From Nannocystales bacterium (GTDB lineage Bacteria; Myxococcota_A; Polyangia; Nannocystales; Nannocystaceae), in assembly GCA_050633305.1 (NCBI GenBank), contig JBOEGF010000015.1:160001-224000 (forward strand): a stretch of DNA of 64,000 nucleotides, given 5' to 3'. Each line of letters begins with the position of its first letter. The first letter of the stretch is position 1. This document shows, in pieces, positions 22,162 through 30,334 of this stretch. Below the pieces are notes generated by a model that saw only the letters and a list, made by a program, of their open reading frames with translations, was not told the DNA's origin and did not search any database. Position numbers and translations under genes: made by a program.

Positions 22162-22788
22162 GTGCCATGCGAAGTGTCTGTGCAGAGTGATGAGGAGTTG
22201 CTGGGCGCGTGGAAGGGTGGGGATCGAAAGGCGGGGAACGAGCTGTTTCAGCGCCACTTCGAGCCCGTGAGGCGGTTCTTCGTCAACAAGACCGATGGTG
22301 ACGTGGCGGAGTTGGTGCAGAGCACGTTCGTTCGCTGCCTCGCCGCGGTCGACCGTTTTGAGGGCCGGTCCAGCTTTCGCACCTTCCTGTTCGCGATCGC
22401 GCATAACATCCTCCGCGAGCACTACCGGGCTCGGGTGAAGGATCGTCGCAACGAAGACCTTGGCGAACTTTCGGTCGCCGACATGGGCGCAGGGCCCTCG
22501 ACTGTGCTCAACGCGAAGCGAGAGCAACAAGTCCTCCTCCGCGCACTTCGGAGAATCCCGATGGCAGATCAGGTGATTCTCGAGCTGTACTACTGGGAGA
22601 AGCTCACCGCGATTCAGATCGGAGAAATCCTCGAGGTTCCAGAGAACACGGCACGCAGTCGCATCCGCAACGGGAAGAAGCGGCTCAAGAATGCGATCGC
22701 CCAGGTCGCGGAAGAACCGGCGGTCGCGGAGAGCACAGCCAACGACCTCGATGGTTGGGCCGAGCAGATTCGTGCCCGAATGGGGTGA
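22162..22788 (+). CDS. ECF sigma-70 factor, divergent from the kinase
   Basis: SDEELLGAW..GD..AG, FEGRSSFRTFLFAIA, LELYYWE and ENTARSRI; start may be GTG 22180. Confidence 0.93.
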   Translation: MPCEVSVQSDEELLGAWKGGDRKAGNELFQRHFEPVRRFFVNKTDGDVAELVQSTFVRCLAAVDRFEGRSSFRTFLFAIAHNILREHYRARVKDRRNEDLGELSVADMGAGPSTVLNAKREQQVLLRALRRIPMADQVILELYYWEKLTAIQIGEILEVPENTARSRIRNGKKRLKNAIAQVAEEPAVAESTANDLDGWAEQIRARMG

Positions 22789-22820
22789 CGGTTTTCCCTG
22801 CCGGTCCCACTGACCGGTTG

Positions 22821-23156
22821 ATGACAACGTACGCAACCACAACGCTCCTCAACAACAACACAACCGTTACAACGATTCAGCACACGAGCGCGACTTCGAT
22901 CGTGCCACTGCGACTCGAGACCGACAACGCAACGGTCGAATACGACAACTCCGTGATCGACGAAATCGTCTTCACACCTTACACGGGGTTGGCGGCCAAC
23001 TCGTACTCCGTGAAGGTGCGAAACGCCAACGGGGACATCTCGCACGCCTTCATCCACGACATCCCGACAGGCTCGAACGACGTCCGCACCCACGAATTCG
23101 AGAGTACCGGTGCCGCCAACTGGACCCTCAAGGTGACGACGAAACCGGAGACCTGA
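22821..23156 (+). CDS. Small Thr/Asn-rich hypothetical protein
   Basis: 111-aa ORF with GC3-biased codons directly after the ECF; beta-rich, no signal peptide. Confidence 0.6.
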   Translation: MTTYATTTLLNNNTTVTTIQHTSATSIVPLRLETDNATVEYDNSVIDEIVFTPYTGLAANSYSVKVRNANGDISHAFIHDIPTGSNDVRTHEFESTGAANWTLKVTTKPET

Positions 23157-23429
23157 AGTCTCAGGTTGGAGTCTCGGGTCTGTGTGCCCCGGGGCAACTC
23201 AGCGAAGGCCGTCCTGGGATGCGGATGGCCTTCACGTTTTTGCCGCGGACCTGGGGGTAGTGTCCGCCGGCATCATGTCTCGAGGGGGCACTCTCATCGC
23301 CGCGGAGGAGGCTCGACCCTACGCATGCTCCACGGAGTCTTCGTGGCGCGACGTCTGGACTACCGAGATGGATCTTGATCGCGTTCCACCTCGAACCTGG
23401 ACGGTGTTTTGAGACGTGCGATCATGAAC

Positions 23430-24641
23430 TCAGCCGCCGCAGCCACCGCAGCCACCGCCGCCACAACCTCCGCCACCACACCCACCGCCGCCACAGCTGA
23501 AGAAGGCGCTGTCCGAGCCGCTGCTCCTGCTACTGCTACTCCCGCCGCGGGACTTGGCTCCGAAGATCGGGATGAACAGCAGAAGAGGCGAGAACAGCAG
23601 AAGGTCGCCGTCGGGCTCGAGCCCCAAAGCCACCAAGCTTGGGTGGAGCAGAGCCGCTGCGGCGACGAGAATGGGGACCCACCTCCAGCCTTCGAGGCGG
23701 TTTGCCGTGACCGCGGCAAAGATGGACGCGACAAGGCCGTAGGCGACGAACCAGAGGGCGGGCGAGCTTTCGACGTGCCCTGGGACCACCACGCCAAGCC
23801 CGATGAGGCCAGCGGCTGCGACGCCAAACGATTGGCGTAGACGGGTGGTCATGAGCTTGCCGTCTTCCTCGGAGAGGACGGGCTCGAGCTCGGTCTCCAC
23901 GGGCAGGGGGGCGGGAGCGCGGTAGCTCTGAGAAAGCACGGGCTCGGGGGGCTCGTGGAGGACGGGCAGCACCCCCAGCGCCGCGATCCATCGCTTTCGC
24001 GCCTGCCGACCGCCGAGCACGAACCCTGCCAGCAGGAGAAGGGCGGAGACGAGGGCGCCGAAGATGTTCCACGCGAAGTCGCTGGGACGACTAGCGCTGA
24101 AGGCGACGACGATCGGCGTGCCGGTGATTCGTTCGCATCGCTGATGGTCGCCCAGCGGCGTGCACGAGAAACCGTCGACGGACCAGTCGGGCGGAGCGAG
24201 GAGGACGATACTCGTGGAGCCGACGTTGACGCCAAATCGGCTCAGCCAGAGGACTTCGTAGTCGACGGACGTCCACCGACGCCTTCCAACGAGAGGGTCT
24301 CGCTCGAAGGAGAACTCGATCGGTTGGGGTTCACCTTCAGAGTCTGCGGGGAGGGTGAACTCGATCCGTTGCTCGACGAAGCCATGCGCCTGTCCAATGG
24401 TGGCCTTGGCGGAGTCGATGAGGCGGAGGTTGCGAATCGGTTCCTCCCCCACGAACTTGAAGCCGTGCTCTTTGACCTCGTAAGGACTGTCCTTGGTGTA
24501 GTCTAGCCGTAGGCTGTAGCGGGTGACGTCGGGGTCGCGAAGATCGATCTCGGCTCGGTATTCCTCGATGCTCGCGGCAGCGGCAGGGCGTCCAAGCAAC
24601 ATCCCGAAGACGAACAGACAGGTACAAAGCGCCCGGTTCAT
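23430..24641 (-). CDS. Membrane protein with signal peptide, DUF2207-like extracytoplasmic domain, about 5 TM helices and C-terminal Cys/Gly tail (TIGR04222-like tail)
   Basis: Signal ...RPAAAA; ends SSSSRSSGSDSAFFSCGGGGCGGGGCGGGGCGGCGG. Confidence 0.8.
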   Translation of the reverse strand: MNRALCTCLFVFGMLLGRPAAAASIEEYRAEIDLRDPDVTRYSLRLDYTKDSPYEVKEHGFKFVGEEPIRNLRLIDSAKATIGQAHGFVEQRIEFTLPADSEGEPQPIEFSFERDPLVGRRRWTSVDYEVLWLSRFGVNVGSTSIVLLAPPDWSVDGFSCTPLGDHQRCERITGTPIVVAFSASRPSDFAWNIFGALVSALLLLAGFVLGGRQARKRWIAALGVLPVLHEPPEPVLSQSYRAPAPLPVETELEPVLSEEDGKLMTTRLRQSFGVAAAGLIGLGVVVPGHVESSPALWFVAYGLVASIFAAVTANRLEGWRWVPILVAAAALLHPSLVALGLEPDGDLLLFSPLLLFIPIFGAKSRGGSSSSRSSGSDSAFFSCGGGGCGGGGCGGGGCGGCGG

Positions 24642-25387
24642 GAGGACGACTCCTCAATGCCATCGACGATCCGTGTCAGGTTCTCGATGAAGGGAAGCAG
24701 GGTGTCGAGCGCACTCGCGACATCCGGAACGGACCCGGCGCCACGGGTACGCTCGTAGATCGCGAGAACGGCGGCGACATCGAGGTCCGCGGCTTCACCC
24801 AATGCTCGGACCGCATGGGTGTCGGTCAGCGGCGCCTTCTGTTGGAGACAGACCAGGGTGTGGTGGGCGGAGATCGAGATGGTGTCCAGTGCATCGAACA
24901 CGGCCCGTCCGGCTTCGCCTGGGTTTCCGGCCAGTCCAAGGAACACGCGGTTGCGCAGGCGTCGACCGAGGCCACGCAGCTGGAACTCGAGGGCATGACG
25001 AAGGTGCGCGGGCTCGATGTGGATGTCGCCGAAGGGGTCCTCGCCGGCGATGAGCCAATGCCGGGTCTTCCACTCGGCAAGCTCGAGCGCGAAGACGTCG
25101 GCGCTTCGTCGCAGCTCGTCGACGGTGACGAGCCGAGGACGGATCCCTGCGGCGGTGGAGCTTCGCAATGCAGTGGCGAGGCTTCCAACAACATCAGGCG
25201 GAAGCTGGCGAGCGACCAAGAGCATCTCGGGACGCCTCGCCCGGTCGGCGCGTTCGGCATGCATGGCGTTGCCGACCAGCACGGCTGCGACGAAATCGTC
25301 ACCGAGACACTCAGCACCCGCCCGGGCTGCGGACTGGAGCAGTTTTCCAGTTCGCGAAGGTAACCAGTTGGCTGTTTCCGGCGGCAC
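24638..25387 (-). CDS. Nucleotidyltransferase-fold protein, probably catalytically degenerate
   Basis: AAVLVGNA in place of LYGS; DELRRSADVFALE and LIAGEDPF motifs of the LemA-associated NTase-like family; no SDxD. Confidence 0.6.
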   Translation of the reverse strand: MPPETANWLPSRTGKLLQSAARAGAECLGDDFVAAVLVGNAMHAERADRARRPEMLLVARQLPPDVVGSLATALRSSTAAGIRPRLVTVDELRRSADVFALELAEWKTRHWLIAGEDPFGDIHIEPAHLRHALEFQLRGLGRRLRNRVFLGLAGNPGEAGRAVFDALDTISISAHHTLVCLQQKAPLTDTHAVRALGEAADLDVAAVLAIYERTRGAGSVPDVASALDTLLPFIENLTRIVDGIEESSS

Positions 25388-25416
25388 GCGAGAACCCTAC
25401 ACGCTAGCCTCTCGCC

Positions 25417-26250
25417 GTGTTCCCCGTCGCTGTTGGGCTCTCGTTTCGCCCCGCCTGGCTCGACTCGCTGCTTGCGCTGCCGGGCCGGGGGCCTATCGAC
25501 GTCCTGGAGGTGATGGTCGACGACGCTCTGCACTGTGCTGACACGCTCAAGCTCTTTCGACGCTTGGGCGCGCGGTGGCCTCTGCTCGGGCACGGCGTCG
25601 CACTGGGAATCGGAAACGCGGACGGACTCGACTGTGGCTACCTCGCGGCGATCTCCGAGATCCTCGCGCACCTGCACGTCCGCTGGTACGGGGACCACCT
25701 GTGCTTTCTGACGGCTGGGGACTACGAACTCGGGCACTTCGCGCCGGTCGGAGCCGATCATGATTCGCTGGCCGCCCTCGAGGTCAACGGGGCGGAGGTT
25801 CGGCGCACAGTGACGGTGCCCTTCTTGCTCGAAAACCCGGCGGATGTGCTGGGGTGGGGCGCGGAGTCCCCGAACGCGGGCGCGCGGCTGGGGCGGGAGT
25901 TTGGCGCGTGCATCGAGGCGGCAGACGCTGGCGCAATCCTCGATGTCACAAACCTGCTCTATGGGTCCCGCAACGACGGCTTCAACGCAGAGGCGTTCAT
26001 CGCCGCGATGCCGCTCGAGCGCCTGGTTCAGGTTCACCTCGCGGGCGGCCGACAGATCAGGGGGTTGTGGATCGACAGCCACGATCGCCCCATCGAACCG
26101 GACTCCATGGCGTTGCTCGAGGTCGTCCTCCGCGACAGTCCGAATCTGCGGGCCGTCACGCTGGAGTGGGACGAGGACTTGCCCGAGTTCGAGGTCGCGT
26201 TGGCAGCGGTCGACCGCGTTCGGAGCGTCGTTCGGGAGGCTGGACGATGA
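25417..26250 (+). CDS. DUF692 family multinuclear non-heme iron oxidative enzyme (MNIO, MbnB/TglH/ChrH family)
   Basis: VGLSFRP, HGVALGIG, GDHLCF, LLENP, LDVTNL, QVHLAGG, IDSHD and LEWD: the ordered DUF692 metal-ligand motifs. Confidence 0.93.
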   Translation: MFPVAVGLSFRPAWLDSLLALPGRGPIDVLEVMVDDALHCADTLKLFRRLGARWPLLGHGVALGIGNADGLDCGYLAAISEILAHLHVRWYGDHLCFLTAGDYELGHFAPVGADHDSLAALEVNGAEVRRTVTVPFLLENPADVLGWGAESPNAGARLGREFGACIEAADAGAILDVTNLLYGSRNDGFNAEAFIAAMPLERLVQVHLAGGRQIRGLWIDSHDRPIEPDSMALLEVVLRDSPNLRAVTLEWDEDLPEFEVALAAVDRVRSVVREAGR

Positions 26251-26459
26251 ACCTGAAGAAACGTCAGCGCTTCATGGCCAGGTTCCTGACCGACCCCGCT
26301 TTCGAGGCCAGGGTTCGAGAATCCCCTGAGCTGATCGCCGCGACGATGGACGTTCCGCTGGAGGAGGTCTTGCGGCTGGTCAGTGTGGAGGCTCGCCGGA
26401 TCCAGGCATTTCGGGCGAGCCGGCAGGTCAAGGCCCGACGGCGTCGGGGCGGAGACTAG
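26247..26459 (+). CDS. Short helical MNIO partner protein
   Basis: ATGA overlap with the MNIO stop; MNLKKRQRFMARFLTDPAFEARV...RRIQAFRASRQVKARRR, 70 aa. Confidence 0.7.
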   Translation: MNLKKRQRFMARFLTDPAFEARVRESPELIAATMDVPLEEVLRLVSVEARRIQAFRASRQVKARRRRGGD

Positions 26460-26486
26460 CGAGGGTCCGAAGACACGCGGCCCGAG

Positions 26487-27215
26487 CTACGAACTCCCCT
26501 TGGGTCGCTCGAAGAGGAGGGTGAAGCGGTCGGTGCGTGGCTGGGGATTGGACCAAGCCAGGCCGGTTCGTGGGTCCTCGGGCACCCGCAGGGCATCAGA
26601 TTCGGCGGCGAGGACAAAGCCAGCCGCGGTGAGCTCTTCGATCACGCTCTGTCGGCCGATGCGGTGCAACGTGCCGCCGACGCTGGTGTCGTGCGAGTGC
26701 GCTGCGGCGTGGTCGATGATGAGGAAACGACCGCCGGGCTTGAGTGCGGCAAAGAGTCGGCGGTTCATCTCGGCCCGATCGACGTCGAGGTAGAGGAGGT
26801 CGTGGTAGATGAGCACGCAGACGACGAGGTCTAGCGGCGTCTCATCTGCGCGTACGGGGTTGTCGAAGGGCCGCTCCACAAACGTGACGCCCGGGACCGG
26901 CCCGTGCTCGACCCGCGCGGCGAGATAGGGCGCCATGAAGTCGTGCCACTGCGGTGGGTTGACGGCGAGGACCGATCCTTGGGGCCCAACGCGCTGGGCG
27001 AGGGTCATGGCCGTGTAGCCGTCGCCGCCGCCGATCTCCAAGACGTTGTCCCCGCGCTGAACACCTGCGAAATCCATGAACAGGTCGGGGTGCCGCAGGG
27101 CATCGCGTGGGGCATCGAGCGGAACGCGGTGAGAATCGGGGGAGGGCATGTCGGAAGTGGAGGCGGGGTCGGGTTTGATGGAGGCTTCGTTCGCGCGGCT
27201 ACTCGCAGCCATCAC
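26487..27215 (-). CDS. Class I SAM-dependent methyltransferase
   Basis: VLEIGGGDGY, YHD, ALKPGG..LIIDH, LHRI and TDRF.L.F; start may be 27149. Confidence 0.9.
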   Translation of the reverse strand: MMAASSRANEASIKPDPASTSDMPSPDSHRVPLDAPRDALRHPDLFMDFAGVQRGDNVLEIGGGDGYTAMTLAQRVGPQGSVLAVNPPQWHDFMAPYLAARVEHGPVPGVTFVERPFDNPVRADETPLDLVVCVLIYHDLLYLDVDRAEMNRRLFAALKPGGRFLIIDHAAAHSHDTSVGGTLHRIGRQSVIEELTAAGFVLAAESDALRVPEDPRTGLAWSNPQPRTDRFTLLFERPKGSS

Positions 27216-27966
27216 CCATCGGTACGCAGAACTTCGCGAAACCGGCGAGGCTGGGGACCTCGCTGGCGTCGAGCCGCTGGGACTTCAAGCCGGTGTACTC
27301 GTCCGACCCGTACCAGCTCGAGATGGCGTCCGTGGTTGGGAACCCGATCAAGCGAGTCGAGGCGTCCGGCCACTCGCCTTCGAGCAAGGTGACGGGCTCG
27401 CCTTCGAGCAACACGCTGCCACCGAACCCGGCCAAGAGTGCGGCGGAGTCTTCGAGGTAGGCCTCGAAGCCGTCGGCGTCGTGAACCAGTTCCGATTGCT
27501 CGACGAGGTAGCCGCCGTAGCTGGAAAGGTCCTCGTCGGCGCCTGAGAGCCCGCGAAACAACACCATGTCGGTTTGACCGACCGAGTCGATGCGAAATGG
27601 GCGGGCGTCGACGTACTCGGGGTCGTCGTACCAACCCTGTGCCGCGTCGACGCTGGGAAACTGGAGCACCACGGTCCAGCCGTCCGGCGCTGCGCCTTCG
27701 AGCCGGTTGGGCTCTGCGCTGGCGACCATGCCGACAAAGCCATGCTTGGCGAGCGTGGGCGCGGCTCGATTGGCGTACTCGGTGAAGAAGGTGTCGGGAT
27801 CGTCGATGGAGTCGATCTGGACGACGATGTAACCGGGGACGTCCTCGTCGATGGTCGGCTCGGACGCTTCGAGATCGGTGCCATCATCGGCCTCGGTGCA
27901 CGCGGACAGGGCGATCGAGAGCGTTGCGGCCAGCGCCGCAGTTTTGGAGTTCAACAAGTGCTTCAT
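27199..27966 (-). CDS. Lipoprotein with two tandem DUF1330 domains
   Basis: Lipobox LSAC; two copies of LEG..P....FP..A..WY.S.EY...R. Confidence 0.85.
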   Translation of the reverse strand: MKHLLNSKTAALAATLSIALSACTEADDGTDLEASEPTIDEDVPGYIVVQIDSIDDPDTFFTEYANRAAPTLAKHGFVGMVASAEPNRLEGAAPDGWTVVLQFPSVDAAQGWYDDPEYVDARPFRIDSVGQTDMVLFRGLSGADEDLSSYGGYLVEQSELVHDADGFEAYLEDSAALLAGFGGSVLLEGEPVTLLEGEWPDASTRLIGFPTTDAISSWYGSDEYTGLKSQRLDASEVPSLAGFAKFCVPMGDGCE

Positions 27967-28027
27967 GAGCTGATCCAAGCTTGAATCCGACTCCTTGTGA
28001 GGACAATATGGCGCTTAGAGAACCCAC

Positions 28028-28045
28028 TGTTCTCCCGTTGTGAAC
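28028..28045. promoter_or_regulatory. Candidate LysR binding palindrome GTTC-N9-GAAC
   Basis: Dyad between the divergent DUF1330 gene and LysR. Confidence 0.35.
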
Positions 28046-28975
28046 TACCAAGGCCGTCTGGTGCAGCAATTCCGACCCATCCACTTCGCGCGGCTCAAAC
28101 ACCTGGCGGTCTTCGCAATCGTTGTGGACGCAGGCAGCTTCACCAAGGCTGGGAAGCGGCTGGGCTTGGCCAAGTCCGCGGTGAGCCGCTACGTCAGCGA
28201 GCTCGAGGAAGAGGTCGGCGTCGCACTGTTGACCCGCACGACGCGGAAGCTTGTTCTGACCGAGCCCGGAGAGCGGTTCTATGTCGACTGTGCGCGGTTC
28301 GTGGAGGCGGCCACGGATTCCTTCGATGCGGTCGAACCCGACGCCCACCTACTCGGCTCGCTCCACGTTGGGGCGACACATGCGTTTGGTCGACACGTCG
28401 TGTTACCCGCGATCAACACGTTCCTTGGCCTGCATCCGGACCTATCGGTGCAGATGAGTCTCAACGATCGGCACGTCGACCTCGTCACGCAGGGCATCGA
28501 CCTGACGTTTCGGATCGGCACGCCCGGGACGGCGCCATCGTACGTCTCTCGAAGAATCGCGACCACGCGGTTCGAGCTGTTCGCGTCACGGAAGTTCGTC
28601 GAGACTCATGATCTTTCGAGCCTGCGGTCACTCGAGTCGCTGCCTTGGGTTCTCAGTCCGCTTGGTCCGAACCCCGAGACCTGGGTGTTCCGCAAGCGCG
28701 GCAAGACGGAGACCATTCACACCAAGAGTCGGCTGCTCACCGACAGCGCGGAGGTTGCGGTCCATGCCGGGGAGCTTGGGATGGGCGTGGTGGGGATCCC
28801 CGACTTCATGCGGTCGGCGTGCGACGGACTCGTGCCGGTCTTCACGGACTACGTCGTGGAACCCGAGCTCGCTGTCTACGCGGTCTACCCTCGGCGACGA
28901 TTCGTGTCCCCTAGGGTCAGGGGGTTTCTCGCTCATCTCGAGCCGCTCCTAGTTTGGACGAAGCAGGAGGCGTAG
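28040..28975 (+). CDS. LysR family transcriptional regulator (CrgA-like)
   Basis: GSFTKAGKRLGLAKSAVSR..LE and LLTRTTRKL.LT; start may be 28061. Confidence 0.95.
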   Translation: MNYQGRLVQQFRPIHFARLKHLAVFAIVVDAGSFTKAGKRLGLAKSAVSRYVSELEEEVGVALLTRTTRKLVLTEPGERFYVDCARFVEAATDSFDAVEPDAHLLGSLHVGATHAFGRHVVLPAINTFLGLHPDLSVQMSLNDRHVDLVTQGIDLTFRIGTPGTAPSYVSRRIATTRFELFASRKFVETHDLSSLRSLESLPWVLSPLGPNPETWVFRKRGKTETIHTKSRLLTDSAEVAVHAGELGMGVVGIPDFMRSACDGLVPVFTDYVVEPELAVYAVYPRRRFVSPRVRGFLAHLEPLLVWTKQEA

Positions 28976-28982
28976 AACGAGA

Positions 28983-29014
28983 AACGCCCGCGTCGCGTGA
29001 AGCGAGCGGGCGTT
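28983..29014. terminator. Hairpin between convergent genes
   Basis: AACGCCCGC...GCGGGCGTT stem. Confidence 0.6.
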
Positions 29015-29032
29015 CAAACGCTGAGGTGCGCG

Positions 29033-30184
29033 CTACTCTTGGCGAGGAACGCAGACCGGAGCCGTCTTGGGTGCAGCGGTGCTGTCGCCGATGTGGCGGT
29101 CCCGCGTCTCCATGAACAGGTCCGGGAAGTCGTCGCAGTTGGCGTTGCTGGCCTTGGCCTGCAGCACACAGCTTCCGGACTCTCCGTCATCGAGGGATAC
29201 GCAGAAGGTGGTGGCGTTGCCGCGGTTCGGGCAGAAGCCTTCGCACTCGAGGCTGCATCGCGAGAGTTCAGCGCCCACGGGTAGATCGCAGACACCGTCG
29301 AGTGCCGCGCCGAGGATGCAGTCTTCGTCGCCTTCGCAGGTGTCACCAACCCATGGTGGGGTCACTCCGTTGAGTTGCGGGAAGGTGCCGACGTCGTCGA
29401 GGTTGGTGAACGTGTAGTCCTCGGCCTTCATCTGGCGGATGATCTCCGGCAGTGCGTTGGCGGTGTACTTGTGGATGTCGTGGAACAAGACGATGCCGCC
29501 GCTCTTGGAGCGGACCTGTTGCATCGTCCAGCCCGGCATGTCGCTGCGAAAGCCGTCGGGGACGTGGCGGAAGCGGGACTCGGGACAGTGGCCGTTGTCG
29601 GGCGCAAAGCACCAGTCGCCGCTGTCGACGTTCCACCCCGTGATGATCTGGTCGTACTCGTCGCGCACGACGCTGGCGGTGTTGCAGGTGCTGGCGCCGT
29701 ACGGGAACCGGAAATACTTGGGGGTCGCGTACTCGGCGATGATGTCGTCGGTTCGCTTCACCTGGTCACGCACGGTATCGAGGCTCTGCTGCGTGAGGTT
29801 CTTGTGCTGGTGCGAGTGGTTCGCGAGGATGTGCCCCTCGTCGATGATCCGCTGGATGATCGGACGGGTGCTGTCGTTGACGCGGTTGCCGTTGATGAAG
29901 AACGTGGCTTGGATACCCTCGTCGCGGAGGGTGTCGAGGACCTGCGGGGTGCTGGTGGTGTTGGGGCCGTCGTCGAACGTGAGCGCGACGCGGTTCCCGA
30001 AGCCGATGCGGTCGGGCGTGAGGACGCCTGAGCATCCGTTGGTGTCGGCCTTGCCCTCTTCGAGTTCATCAAACGCCTCGCTGAACGCCTCGGACTCCTC
30101 CGCCTGGTGGCTGTCACCACACCCTCCCAACAAGAGCGAGATCGAGACCGCTCCCGCTGTCATCCGAATAAGCTTCCCCAGCAT
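29033..30184 (-). CDS. Polysaccharide/peptidoglycan deacetylase (CE4/NodB) lipoprotein with Cys-rich C-terminus
   Basis: LTFDDGP, NHSHQH, FRFPYG, DSGDW and IVLFHD; lipobox LGGC. Confidence 0.93.
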   Translation of the reverse strand: MLGKLIRMTAGAVSISLLLGGCGDSHQAEESEAFSEAFDELEEGKADTNGCSGVLTPDRIGFGNRVALTFDDGPNTTSTPQVLDTLRDEGIQATFFINGNRVNDSTRPIIQRIIDEGHILANHSHQHKNLTQQSLDTVRDQVKRTDDIIAEYATPKYFRFPYGASTCNTASVVRDEYDQIITGWNVDSGDWCFAPDNGHCPESRFRHVPDGFRSDMPGWTMQQVRSKSGGIVLFHDIHKYTANALPEIIRQMKAEDYTFTNLDDVGTFPQLNGVTPPWVGDTCEGDEDCILGAALDGVCDLPVGAELSRCSLECEGFCPNRGNATTFCVSLDDGESGSCVLQAKASNANCDDFPDLFMETRDRHIGDSTAAPKTAPVCVPRQE

Positions 30185-30334
30185 GGGTGAGACTATGTAG
30201 GTACAGCGGAGCGTCGTCCACCCGAATCCGGCCGTCGAAAGCGGGAGGGTTGCGGAGTAGCGCGGTCTTGCGCCTCTGACACGGGGAAACCCTGGGTCTG
30301 TGGGGTCGCCCGGCGGTGACGGTCGGAAACGCGC

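Noticed and set aside
22144..22842. N-terminal extension of the kinase (1151-aa ORF)
   Set aside because: Antisense shadow of the ECF gene
23382..23397. parS-like CGTTCCACCTCGAACC
   Set aside because: Three mismatches to the GTTCCACGTGGAAC-type palindrome, including the centre; single copy
23430..23432. TGA after CGG-CGG as a possible selenocysteine codon
   Set aside because: No convincing SECIS hairpin downstream, and such tails commonly end in GCGG
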